The notes beneath the pieces are model-generated. The model made no database searches. It saw only the letters and a list, made by a program, of their open reading frames with translations, and had not been told where the DNA came from. Positions 1 to 9,104 of a stretch of 64,000 nucleotides of DNA are shown here, piece by piece. The DNA comes from Acidimicrobiaceae bacterium (GTDB taxonomy: Bacteria; Actinomycetota; Acidimicrobiia; Acidimicrobiales; JACDCH01), in assembly GCA_041166385.1 (NCBI GenBank), contig JBEEFW010000021.1, positions 32,185-96,184 on the forward strand, written 5' to 3'. Position 1 is the stretch's first letter. Each line of letters begins with the position of its first letter. The position numbers and the translations under genes were made by a program.

Positions 1-468
1 GATCCGGTCGAGCGCTTCTGGAAGTGGATCGAGCCGGGAGACCTCACGGACGACGACGTCTCCGGGATGGTCAGCATGGTCAACCATCTGCGCACGTTCT
101 GGGAGCAGCGCGACGACGACAACGTCGCGCTGTTCCACTACGCCGACATGAAGGCAGATCTCGATGGCGAGATGCGGCGGCTCGCGTCCGTGCTCGACGT
201 CGCCGTCGACGAGAGCACATGGGCCGGGCTCGTGAGTGCTGCGACCTTCGACCGCATGCGGGACCGCGCGGAGGAACTGGCGCCGCAGGTCACGCACGGC
301 TTCTGGAACGAGACCAGCCGATTCTTCAACAAGGGATCGAGCGGCCAGTGGCAGTCGTACTTCGGTCCCGGCGACGTCGCGCGCTACGAAGCGCGCCTCC
401 ATGAATTGGCCACCCCTGACCTCGCGGCATGGATGCACGGGGGCTGGAAGGGTGTCGGGAAGGCGTAG
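1..468 (+). CDS. sulfotransferase-family protein, C-terminal part (5' end outside window)
   Basis: The frame is open from base 1 to TAG 466-468. The translation ...RFFNKGSSGQWQSYF... resembles the conserved C-terminal region of PAPS-dependent sulfotransferases. Confidence 0.55.
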   Translation, partial: DPVERFWKWIEPGDLTDDDVSGMVSMVNHLRTFWEQRDDDNVALFHYADMKADLDGEMRRLASVLDVAVDESTWAGLVSAATFDRMRDRAEELAPQVTHGFWNETSRFFNKGSSGQWQSYFGPGDVARYEARLHELATPDLAAWMHGGWKGVGKA

Positions 469-489
469 ATCGTCGGGCAGGATGGTCGC

Positions 490-1389
490 ATGACGACCAC
501 CAGCCGCCATGAAGATCTCGCGGCTGGCGCCAAGGCGATGGTGTTCGGCGTCGCGGTGTTCTCGATGCACGACATGGTCGGCAAGCTCGTCGTCGAGCAC
601 TACCCCGTGCTGCAGATGCTGGCGCTGCGCTCGGGTTGCGCGCTGCTCATCCTGCTGGTGATCACGCTGGCGCGGGGCGGGATACCGCCGTTGCCGAGGG
701 CGGCCATCCCCGCGCACCTGGTGCGACTCGCGTCGATGCTCGGTGCGATCTTCCTGTTCTTCACCGCCCTCGAAGAGCTGCCGTTGGCCGACGCCACGGC
801 GATCGCGTTCGGCGCACCGTTCGTGATGCTGGCGCTGTCGGGCCCACTGCTGGGTGAGCGGGTGCCGCGTTCGGCGTGGGCCGCCGTTGCGGTCGGCTTC
901 GTCGGCGTGGTCATCATCGTGAAGCCCGGTGCCGACGTGCGCCCGGCTGCGCTCCTCGCGGTCGGCGCCAGCCTGTTGTACGCGCTCGGCATGTTGACCA
1001 CGCGCCGGCTGGGCCGGACCGAGTCAGTGCTCAGCCTGCTCTTCTGGATGATCGCCGGGCAGTTCGCGCTCGGGCTGATCGCGCTTCCGTTCGTGTGGCA
1101 CCCGGTCGAGGCGCGCCACTGGCCATTGATCGTCGGCCTCGCCGTGCTGAACCTGCTGGGTCAGCTCGGGCTCGTGCGGGCGTTTGCGATGGCGCCGCCG
1201 TCGGTGGTCGCGCCATTCGAGTACACGGCGTTGCTGTGGGCGGCCGCCCTCGGTTTCCTCGTGTTCGGCGATGTGCCGTCGGCGCGGCTGTGGGTCGGGG
1301 CGGCGATCATCATCGGCGCCGGGCTGTACGTGATGTTCCGCGGCCAGCGGGACCCCGATCCGGTGCCGGTGCCCGGCCAATCCGAGTGA
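490..1389 (+). CDS. DMT (EamA-type) family transporter
   Basis: 299 aa and almost entirely hydrophobic helices arranged in two similar halves. This is the typical EamA/DMT look. Confidence 0.8.
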   Translation: MTTTSRHEDLAAGAKAMVFGVAVFSMHDMVGKLVVEHYPVLQMLALRSGCALLILLVITLARGGIPPLPRAAIPAHLVRLASMLGAIFLFFTALEELPLADATAIAFGAPFVMLALSGPLLGERVPRSAWAAVAVGFVGVVIIVKPGADVRPAALLAVGASLLYALGMLTTRRLGRTESVLSLLFWMIAGQFALGLIALPFVWHPVEARHWPLIVGLAVLNLLGQLGLVRAFAMAPPSVVAPFEYTALLWAAALGFLVFGDVPSARLWVGAAIIIGAGLYVMFRGQRDPDPVPVPGQSE

Positions 1390-1393
1390 TGCG

Positions 1394-1795
1394 TCAGATG
1401 GCGGCGAGGCGCGGCGCTTGCCGCAGCGCGGCGGCCAACACAGTCGCGGTGATGGCGCCGGCCATCGCGAGGAACACCCCACTCTGCGGCTGAGCGGCCG
1501 CCTGCAGCACACGCGTGAAGTCGTAGAGCGCGACCCCGGCCGCCGCCGCGCAGACCACGACGCTCGCTGTCATCAACCCAGCGCGGGCGCCGCCCTCGAG
1601 CCGCCAACGAGCGAGCAGCGCGCCGGCGATGCCGCCGAGGAGGAGCGTGAGGTTCCCGTTGCCGTCTGTTCCGTTGACGCTGCCGAGCACCATCTGGGCC
1701 CACGGCAGGAACGACCCGAGCACGATCGCGCCGACGGCGATCGACATCGCCAACGAGAGATCGTTCGTGCGGACATCCGTCATTCCGGACACCAT
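1394..1795 (-). CDS. hypothetical membrane protein
   Basis: 133-aa ORF with 3-4 hydrophobic segments, convergent with the DMT gene. No recognisable family. Confidence 0.45.
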   Translation of the reverse strand: MVSGMTDVRTNDLSLAMSIAVGAIVLGSFLPWAQMVLGSVNGTDGNGNLTLLLGGIAGALLARWRLEGGARAGLMTASVVVCAAAAGVALYDFTRVLQAAAQPQSGVFLAMAGAITATVLAAALRQAPRLAAI

Positions 1796-1911
1796 CGCCT
1801 ATTTGCCACCAATTCGGAAGAATCATTCGAAAAACGACCCGATATGACTAGCCCTCGATCGGGCGGTCAGGATGACTCGCACGCCGACGGGCGAACGATC
1901 AGGGGGCTTCC

Positions 1912-3048
1912 ATGGCAGAGATCCAGGGCACGGTCGAACCGGGATTCGAGGGCGTGCGCGATGCGTTGGCCGCCAACCTCGACTCCGGAGCCGACGTCGG
2001 AGCCAGCGTCGCGGTGATGGTCGACGGCCGCAGCGTCGTCGACATCTGGGGTGGCCACACCGACGAGGCGAAGACGCAGCCGTGGCAGTCCGACACGATC
2101 ATCAACGTCTGGTCGACCACCAAGACGATGACGGCCCTGTGCGCGCTGATGCTCGCGGACCGCGGCGAGCTCGACCTGCACGCGCCCGTGGCGCGCTACT
2201 GGCCCGAGTTCAAGGAAGGCGGCAAGGAGGGCGTCGAGGTTGCCCACCTGATGAGCCACACGGCGGGCTTGTCCGGGTGGCAGGAGCCGATGCGGCCCGA
2301 AGATCTCTACGACTGGGAGAAGGCCACGTCGCTGCTCGCCGCGCAGGAGCCGTGGTGGGAGCCCGGAACCGCGTCGGGGTACCACGCGATCACGCAGGGC
2401 TATCTCGTCGGCGAGGTCATCCGGCGCATCACGGGCTCCAGCGTCGGCGCGTTCTTCGCTGACGAGGTCGCCGGCCAGCTCGGCGCCGACTTCCACATCG
2501 GTACCGGACCGGAGCACGACGCGCGAGTGGCGAAGGTGATCCCACCGCCGCCGCTCCCGCTCGAGGGCCTCGACCCCACGAGCATCGCGGTGCGCACGCT
2601 CGCGAACCCGCCGCTGTCCGCGGAGCAGTCGTGGGAGATCGACTGGCGGCGGGCCGAGATCCCCGCGGCCGGAGGTCACGGCAATGCTCGCTCCGTCGCG
2701 GCGATCCAAGGTGCGCTCGCGTTCGGCGGCGAGATCAACGGCGTCCGCCTGCTGTCGGAGGCCGGCTGCCAGGCGGCGCTCGAGGAGATGTCGTACACGC
2801 CCGACCTCGTGCTCGCTCTCCCGATTCGCTTCGGGATGGGCTACGGACTCAACTCGCCGGACACGCCGCTCGGACCGAACCCTCGGACGATCTTCTGGGG
2901 AGGTTGGGGCGGATCGCTTGTCATCATCGACATGGACGCGCGCGTCGTCATCACCTATGTGATGAACAAGATGGGCGAGGGCACCGTCGGCGACTTCCGC
3001 GGCGCAGCAATCGCGATGACCGCCTTCGCAGGACTCGCCAACCAGTAG
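1912..3048 (+). CDS. serine hydrolase (beta-lactamase-related / esterase family)
   Basis: 378 aa with an SxxK nucleophile motif (WSTTKTM). The overall layout is that of class-C-related beta-lactamase-fold hydrolases. Confidence 0.85.
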   Translation: MAEIQGTVEPGFEGVRDALAANLDSGADVGASVAVMVDGRSVVDIWGGHTDEAKTQPWQSDTIINVWSTTKTMTALCALMLADRGELDLHAPVARYWPEFKEGGKEGVEVAHLMSHTAGLSGWQEPMRPEDLYDWEKATSLLAAQEPWWEPGTASGYHAITQGYLVGEVIRRITGSSVGAFFADEVAGQLGADFHIGTGPEHDARVAKVIPPPPLPLEGLDPTSIAVRTLANPPLSAEQSWEIDWRRAEIPAAGGHGNARSVAAIQGALAFGGEINGVRLLSEAGCQAALEEMSYTPDLVLALPIRFGMGYGLNSPDTPLGPNPRTIFWGGWGGSLVIIDMDARVVITYVMNKMGEGTVGDFRGAAIAMTAFAGLANQ

Positions 3049-3062
3049 TCGCCAAAACGAAT

Positions 3063-3104
3063 TCCCATTCATACGTACACAAAACTGTGTACGTATGAAT
3101 GGGA
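3063..3104. repeat. palindromic intergenic element, copy 1 (18-bp arms, 6-nt loop)
   Basis: Sequence is TCCCATTCATACGTACAC-AAAACT-GTGTACGTATGAATGGGA. It lies between the convergent stops at 3048 (+) and 3114 (-). The adjacent tail TTTGGTGAG (3105-3113) is the reverse complement of the tail of copy 3. Confidence 0.85.
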
Positions 3105-3113
3105 TTTGGTGAG

Positions 3114-4028
3114 TTAGGGGGTGAGCTCGCCTCGTTCGAGGAGCTCGACGGGGTCCTGCATGCGCACCATCCCGAGGTAGCCGCCGCCCCGCGGAATGCT
3201 GTCGTGCACCGAGTAGCCGATCAGCTCCTGCGCCTGGCGGGGCAGCTTGGCCGCCATCGAGGGCGGGATCGACAGGTAGTTGTTCTCCTCGGTGCGCAGC
3301 CAGCCGAGGCAGTAGCTGAGGTGCGCGCCTCGTCGCGGGATGTCGGTGGTGTTCGACCCGCCGGCGTGGATGGTGCCGCCGAGGTATACGACGGCGGAGC
3401 CGGCCGGCATCTCGGCGTACGCGATCTGCTCGGGCGCCGGCTGTGGACCCGTTACCTGTTCCGCCGGCGTCAGCGCGCGATCGGGCCACAGATGGGAGCC
3501 CGGTACAACGCGGGTTGCGCCGTTCTCCCGCGTGAAGTCGACGAACGCGATCACGGTGGCGAGTTGCAGCTCCGGGCCAGGGCGGGGCATGTCACTCCAC
3601 ACCGCTTCGTCGCGGTGGAGCCATTGCTCGTCGGAGCCGGGACCGCGCTGCAACAAGTGGCCGAGGTTGAGCTGATACCGCGCGCACGACGGCAGCAGGA
3701 TGCGGTCTGCGAGCGCGAGCAACAGCGGATGGCACATCACGTCGACGGCGAACGTGGGGGAGAGTCCGGGGGCACCACTCACCTGGCGCGTGTGCGGGCC
3801 ATGGAACGCCTGCATCACGGGATTGAACATCGCGTCCTCGGGATCGGCCTGGTCGAGCGCGGCGCCCACCTCGTTGTTGACCCGCGCGACGACATCGGGC
3901 GAGAGCAGACCCTCGATGATCACGGCGCCGTCGCGCAGGATCGCCTCGTGGATCGTGTCCGGATCGGCGTCTGCATCGAACCGCTCGAGCGTCGCGCTGG
4001 TGGTCGTCGGTGTCGCCATGGCCGTCAT
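3114..4028 (-). CDS. phytanoyl-CoA dioxygenase (PhyH) family Fe(II)/2-oxoglutarate oxygenase
   Basis: The start is taken at the internal ATG (MTAMATPTTTSATLERFDAD...). This gives an ATGA overlap with the upstream stop at 4025-4028. PhyH-like sequence throughout (...HRDEAVW..., ...GTIHAGGSN...). Confidence 0.8.
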   Translation of the reverse strand: MTAMATPTTTSATLERFDADADPDTIHEAILRDGAVIIEGLLSPDVVARVNNEVGAALDQADPEDAMFNPVMQAFHGPHTRQVSGAPGLSPTFAVDVMCHPLLLALADRILLPSCARYQLNLGHLLQRGPGSDEQWLHRDEAVWSDMPRPGPELQLATVIAFVDFTRENGATRVVPGSHLWPDRALTPAEQVTGPQPAPEQIAYAEMPAGSAVVYLGGTIHAGGSNTTDIPRRGAHLSYCLGWLRTEENNYLSIPPSMAAKLPRQAQELIGYSVHDSIPRGGGYLGMVRMQDPVELLERGELTP

Positions 4029-5146
4029 CCTCCCAGGGCGGCGGCGATGGTGGCCACCGCGTCTCGCCCGTAGCTCATCGATTCCTCGTAGCCCTCGGTG
4101 AACGGCGACGGCAGGTAGCCATGCCACTCGGGCGCGAGGCCGGCGAGCAGCACATGGGCGTCGCCCTCGCGGGTCTCGATCGACCGCCCGAGCTCGTGAA
4201 ACGCCTCCCCGGGGACCGACACGAGCCGCACCGGGCCGATCGACCACTCGATGAGCTCGATCTGCAGGCGCTTGCCCTCGCGCCCTCCGGTGAGGACCGT
4301 CGAACCGAGCTCGATGTCGATCATGCGGTGCCGTTCCACCGTCGCGCCGCTCGCTTCCACCGGCTCGGCGTCGCGAAGTACGGCGTCGACGCCCTCGGCG
4401 ACGTCGCGTCCGAGTTGTTCGGCCTCCGCGAAACCGTCGTGCGTGCAGTCGTTGTGCTGCCGGTGCACGTGATGCGGATTGACGTCACCCAGCGCGCCCG
4501 ACAGCAGCACTGCTGTGCCGCCGGCCCGTTGCTGCAGTGCGTCGCGGAACGGGCCCACCCAGTCGCTCGACACCGCGAGGCATTCGGGGCCGAGTGCGAC
4601 GGGGTGAATGGCGATGTTGGCGAGCGTGCCGACGCGTGTGCCGTCGGGTGCGATCGCGTCGAGCACCGCGAACGTCGGGTGATACGGCAGCCCGCGCCGA
4701 TTGATGGAGAGTCCGTCGGGCAGGGGCCAGCGACCGGCGCGCAACGACGCTGGCGTCGCCGCCGCGGCCGCGGCGCGAGCGGCGGCCAGGCAGCGCTCGA
4801 TCAGCAGCTCGCGATAGCCCTCGGGCGTGACCCAACCGAGAGGATCGCTGCCTTCGATCGTGCTCGGTCCCGCATGCGTGTGCACGCACGAGGTGAGCAC
4901 CGCGCCCATTTCGAGGCCGAGCGCCTCCGCCACGGCCGCACGCACGGGTGTCGCGAACCCCCGCGACATCCCGAGCAGGTCGCACACGAGGAGGCACACC
5001 GCACCAGGCGAGCCGCGCAGGAACATGGCGCGCACTTCGAGGTCGTCGTGCACCTCGGTCGCCGGTTGATTCTCGATGAAGCCGGCGAGCTGCACCGGTG
5101 TTGGCGGCGTGATGACGGCCGAACCGAACCCCACCTCCAGCGTCAC
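4025..5146 (-). CDS. neutral/alkaline ceramidase N-terminal-domain-like hydrolase
   Basis: GTG start at 5146 (VTLEVGFGSAVITPP...), overlapping the upstream stop by 4 nt (GTGA). The motifs GxxxxxITPP and CVHTHAGP resemble the ceramidase N-terminal zinc-site region. At 373 aa it lacks the ceramidase C-terminal domain. Confidence 0.65.
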   Translation of the reverse strand: MTLEVGFGSAVITPPTPVQLAGFIENQPATEVHDDLEVRAMFLRGSPGAVCLLVCDLLGMSRGFATPVRAAVAEALGLEMGAVLTSCVHTHAGPSTIEGSDPLGWVTPEGYRELLIERCLAAARAAAAAATPASLRAGRWPLPDGLSINRRGLPYHPTFAVLDAIAPDGTRVGTLANIAIHPVALGPECLAVSSDWVGPFRDALQQRAGGTAVLLSGALGDVNPHHVHRQHNDCTHDGFAEAEQLGRDVAEGVDAVLRDAEPVEASGATVERHRMIDIELGSTVLTGGREGKRLQIELIEWSIGPVRLVSVPGEAFHELGRSIETREGDAHVLLAGLAPEWHGYLPSPFTEGYEESMSYGRDAVATIAAALGG

Positions 5147-6120
5147 CGCGGCGACACCACCCGGCCGTCGGCCGCCGATTGGTACGCGGCTTCCACGACG
5201 GCCACTGCGGCGCGCCCGTCGTGGGCAGTGACCGTTGGTGCGCGCTCGCCGCGCACGGCGGCGAGGAACTCGTCCAGTGGCGAGCTCGTCGCCTCCGGCA
5301 AAGCGACGCGCTCGCGGTCGCCGGCAACGGGTTGCAGGGTCAATGCGGTGCGGCCGTCGAGATGCAGCGTGCCCGTCGTCCCGAAGACGGTGAGCTGATG
5401 GTCCGGGCCCGGGCGAGCCGACCAGCTCGCGTGCACAGTGCCGATCGCCCCCCGGCCGAACCGGACGGCGAGCTGCGCGTCCATCTCGACGCCGCCGGGC
5501 TCGCCGTTCAGGAATGCGCCCACCTCGACGATGTCGTCCGCGGTGACGTACCGCGCGAGATCGATCACGTGCACGCCGAGGTCGATGAGGCAGCCGCCTC
5601 CGGCGAGCTCCTTGTCGAAGAACCATGTGGCGTTCGGCGCCCATGCTTGCGGGCCGGCGTGTCCGAAGGCGGCGCGCACGCCTGTGACCTCGCCGACGCG
5701 TCCTTCGGCGACGGCGTCGTGGGCCGCGACGAACGGGGCCATGAAGCGCGTGTTCTGGAATGGGACGAGCACGATTCCGTACTTGTCGGCCGCGGTGATC
5801 ATCTCGTCGGCTTCGGCCGTCGTGCGGGCCATCGGCTTGTCGACGAGCACGTGCTTACCCGCAGCCGCGGCCGCGATGGCGACGGTGTGATGCTGCGCGT
5901 TCGGGGTAGCGATCACCACGGCATCGATGTCGTCGCGCGTAACGACGTCCTCCCAACGATCGACAACCGTTCCGTTGCCCCACCCGTCGCGGGCGGCCTC
6001 CGCCGACGACCTCGATCGACTCGCGAACGCGGCGACGTCGACGCCCGCGGCGCGCAACAGCGGCAGGTGGATGTGCACCGCCGCGGTTCCGCAGCCGACC
6101 AGTGCGAAGCGCTCGTTCAC
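5143..6120 (-). CDS. Gfo/Idh/MocA family NAD(P)-dependent oxidoreductase
   Basis: GTG start at 6120 (VNERFALVGCGTAAVHIHLP...), with a GTGA overlap onto the DegT stop. Rossmann GxGxxA N-terminus and typical Gfo/Idh/MocA length (325 aa). Confidence 0.85.
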   Translation of the reverse strand: MNERFALVGCGTAAVHIHLPLLRAAGVDVAAFASRSRSSAEAARDGWGNGTVVDRWEDVVTRDDIDAVVIATPNAQHHTVAIAAAAAGKHVLVDKPMARTTAEADEMITAADKYGIVLVPFQNTRFMAPFVAAHDAVAEGRVGEVTGVRAAFGHAGPQAWAPNATWFFDKELAGGGCLIDLGVHVIDLARYVTADDIVEVGAFLNGEPGGVEMDAQLAVRFGRGAIGTVHASWSARPGPDHQLTVFGTTGTLHLDGRTALTLQPVAGDRERVALPEATSSPLDEFLAAVRGERAPTVTAHDGRAAVAVVEAAYQSAADGRVVSPR

Positions 6121-7337
6121 TGGCCGAGCAATTCGCCCGCCACCTTTCGCACCACCGTGGCCACCTCCTCGCAGTCCTGCTCCGTGTAGCCGACGCCGAT
6201 CGGGACGATCACCGAACGAGCGACCAGCGCTTCGGTGCGCGGGCACAGGCCCTCGCCGTAGGTGCGGTCGGTCGGGTGCTCCGCACACGCCCACGGACCG
6301 CCCTTGCCGGATGCGGTGCGCAGCGCGATCACCGACGGGCTCAGGTACACAGGCCGGCCTCGGTACATCTGCGCGCACGGCACGCCCTGCGCGCGGAGCG
6401 CGGACGCGAACTGCTTCGCCGTCGTCGCGTCGGGCAGGAACCACGTGATGCTCGAGGAACCGTCGCCTGCCGGATCGGGACGGCGGCGGCGCACGAGACC
6501 GGGCACGTCGCCGATCTCGTCGATGATCCGAGCCTTGTTCGCGCGCAGCGCCTCGAGGATCGAGGCCAACCGCGCGAGCTGTACACCGGCGACCGCGCCC
6601 GCGAGCTCGCCCATGCGCAGGTTCTCGCCGGCGAACGGCTGACTGAGCTCTTCACCGCGCGAGCTGGCATAACTCGTGACGAACTGACCGCCTTGATCCT
6701 GATACCGGGCGGCGCGCAGGTAGAGCGTCTCGTCGTTCGTGACGACGAGCCCGCCCTCGCCGGCGGTGATGTTCTTCTCCTGTTGCAACGAGAACGTCCC
6801 GAGCGCGCCGAACGTGCCGAGGGCGCGAGCGCGATACGTCGCGCCGAACGCCTGCGCCGTGTCCTCGATCACGGGAATGCCGTGACGGTCGGCGACGGCC
6901 AACAGCGCGTCGAGATCGCAGGCGACGTTCTCGAGGTGCACGGCGATGATGGCCGTGGTCTTGTCGGTGATCTGCGCCTCGAGGTCCGATGGGTCGAGCC
7001 CGAGGGTGTCGTCGACCTCGGCGAACACCGGAACCGCACCCGCGGCAACGACGGCGTTCACGGTGGCGATGAAGGTGAACGCGGGCATGATCACCTCGTC
7101 GCCGCACCCCACGCCGAGGGCGGCGAGCGCGCACCGCAACGCCGCCGTTCCGTTGGCCACCGCGACGGCATACGTGCAGCCGAGCACCTCGCATGCCGCT
7201 CGCTCGAAGTCGGCGACCGTTCCACCCTCGAGTTCGCCGCGGTAGCGGAACAACGACCGGCTGGCGAGCACCTTCGCGACCGCGTCGGCTTCCTCGGCTC
7301 CGAGCAACGCGGCGCCTTTGGAGAAGTCGAGCGGCAC
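6117..7337 (-). CDS. DegT/DnrJ/EryC1/StrS family PLP-dependent aminotransferase
   Basis: 406 aa with family-typical blocks ...AVANGTAALRCAL..., ...DEVIMPAFTFIATVNAV..., ...FSLQQEKNITAGEGG... Confidence 0.9.
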   Translation of the reverse strand: MPLDFSKGAALLGAEEADAVAKVLASRSLFRYRGELEGGTVADFERAACEVLGCTYAVAVANGTAALRCALAALGVGCGDEVIMPAFTFIATVNAVVAAGAVPVFAEVDDTLGLDPSDLEAQITDKTTAIIAVHLENVACDLDALLAVADRHGIPVIEDTAQAFGATYRARALGTFGALGTFSLQQEKNITAGEGGLVVTNDETLYLRAARYQDQGGQFVTSYASSRGEELSQPFAGENLRMGELAGAVAGVQLARLASILEALRANKARIIDEIGDVPGLVRRRRPDPAGDGSSSITWFLPDATTAKQFASALRAQGVPCAQMYRGRPVYLSPSVIALRTASGKGGPWACAEHPTDRTYGEGLCPRTEALVARSVIVPIGVGYTEQDCEEVATVVRKVAGELLGQ

Positions 7338-7422
7338 CGCCGGATCCTACGGCGCTCCAACTTGGGGTCGTTACGCCTGCCCTGACGAGCACAACGACCC
7401 CAAGTTGGAGAGGCGACGGGGG

Positions 7423-7986
7423 TCAGCTGCCGAAGCGCTTCACCAAGGCGTGGACCCGTTTGGTGAACGCGTCCTCGTAGCGGCCGTGGAACTCGTCCCA
7501 CGTGCAGAGCGTGCGCGTGTCGGTCACGCGGTCGATGAACAGCGTGCCGTGCAAGTGGTCGGTCTCGTGCTGGAACGTTCCGGCCGAGAGCCCGCGCACG
7601 ACGGTGTCGATCGGGTCGCCATTGCGGTTGAGCGCCTGCACCCGTACCTCCACGGCGCGGTCGACGATGCCGCGCAACCCGGGCACCGACAGGCAGCCCT
7701 CGTAGTTGGCGAACGTCTCGTCGGTGAGCACCTCGACCGTCGGATTGATCAGCACCGTCAACGGGATCTCGGGCTTGTACGGGTAGCGCGGGTTGCCGGG
7801 TCGCACCTCGATCACGCACACCTGCACCGGTTCGCCGATCTGGTTGGCCGCGAGTCCCGCGCCATTCGCAGCGCGCATGGTGTCGATCAAGTCGTCGACG
7901 AGGCGCTGCACGTCGGCCGGCGCGACCGGTTGCGCACCCTCACGCAACAACGGGTGTCCGATCTGGATGATCTCGCGCACGGTCAT
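7423..7986 (-). CDS. def: peptide deformylase family protein (all three catalytic motifs intact)
   Basis: 187 aa from the internal ATG (MTVREIIQIGHPLL...). Motifs GAGLAANQIG, EGCLSVPG and QHETDHLHG are present. ATGA overlap with the hutI stop (7983-7986). Confidence 0.9.
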   Translation of the reverse strand: MTVREIIQIGHPLLREGAQPVAPADVQRLVDDLIDTMRAANGAGLAANQIGEPVQVCVIEVRPGNPRYPYKPEIPLTVLINPTVEVLTDETFANYEGCLSVPGLRGIVDRAVEVRVQALNRNGDPIDTVVRGLSAGTFQHETDHLHGTLFIDRVTDTRTLCTWDEFHGRYEDAFTKRVHALVKRFGS

Positions 7987-9104
7987 CGCGGCACGCCCTT
8001 CCGGATGACCGTGTGCGCGTGATCCGTGCCGATCCAGTAGATGAGCTCGACCGGAGTCTTCACATCCCAGATCACGAGGTCCGCTTGGTCGGGCGGCAGC
8101 CCCAGCGCGCGGGCGGCATTGGTTGTCATACCGGCGATGGCCTCGTTGACGGTGAGGCCGAAGCGAGTGCACGCGAGGTGCATCGCGACGAACGGTGAGA
8201 GCAGCGGCGACGTCCCGGGATTGCAGTCGGTGGCGATGGCGATCGGGATCCCCGCAGCCCGTAGTGCATCGATCGGGGGCGTGGCCTCCTCTCGCAGCAC
8301 ATACGCCGCACCGGGAAGCAGCACGGCGACTGTTCCTGCGGCAGCCATCGCGGCGATGCCGTCGGGGGACACGTGCTCGAGATGATCGGCCGACAGGGCG
8401 TGGTGCTTCGCGGCGAGCGCGGCACCACCGCCATCCGAGAGCTGGTCGGCGTGCAGTTTCACGCGAAGTCCGAGCGCGGACGCGGTCGTGAAGACACGAT
8501 TGATCTGATCGCCGGTGAACGCGATCGATTCGCAGAACCCGTCCACCGCGTCGGCGAGACCTTCCTCGGCGACCCGGGGCAGCACCTCTCCGCACACAAG
8601 ATCGATGTAGCCGTCGGGGTCGCCTTCGAACTCGGGCGGGATCGTGTGCGCACCGAGATAGGTGGTGACCACGTCGATCGGCATGATCTCGGGCAATCGT
8701 CGGGCGACCCGCAGCATTCGCAGCTCGGTCTCGAGGTCGAGGCCGTACCCGGACTTGATCTCTACCGTCGTGACGCCCTTGAGCATCAACTGCGTCGCGC
8801 GCGCGGCTGCGCTCGTCAGCAGCTCGTCCTCGGTGGCAGCTCGCGTTGCCGCCACGGTTGATCGAATACCGCCGCCGGCGCGCGCGATCTCTTCGTACGA
8901 CCCTCCCGCCAGGCGTTGTTCCCACTCGTGTGATCGATCACCGGCGAAGACGAGGTGCGTGTGACAGTCGACGAGCCCGCGGGTGACGAGTCCTCCCTCG
9001 GCATCGAGCACCTTTCTCGCCGTTTCGTCTGGCGGAACGATCCGCCCATCGGCGATGCCGATGTCGACGCCGTCGGTGGTGTTCGTGATCAGGAGGTCGA
9101 GCAT
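7983..9104 (-). CDS. hutI: imidazolonepropionase
   Basis: 373 aa from the internal ATG ([10 protein letters not shown]...). Amidohydrolase HxH (DCHTHLVF), ...KLHADQL..., ...ATDCNPGTSP... The start overlaps the hutF stop by 1 nt (TGATG). Confidence 0.9.
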   Translation of the reverse strand: MLDLLITNTTDGVDIGIADGRIVPPDETARKVLDAEGGLVTRGLVDCHTHLVFAGDRSHEWEQRLAGGSYEEIARAGGGIRSTVAATRAATEDELLTSAAARATQLMLKGVTTVEIKSGYGLDLETELRMLRVARRLPEIMPIDVVTTYLGAHTIPPEFEGDPDGYIDLVCGEVLPRVAEEGLADAVDGFCESIAFTGDQINRVFTTASALGLRVKLHADQLSDGGGAALAAKHHALSADHLEHVSPDGIAAMAAAGTVAVLLPGAAYVLREEATPPIDALRAAGIPIAIATDCNPGTSPLLSPFVAMHLACTRFGLTVNEAIAGMTTNAARALGLPPDQADLVIWDVKTPVELIYWIGTDHAHTVIRKGVPR

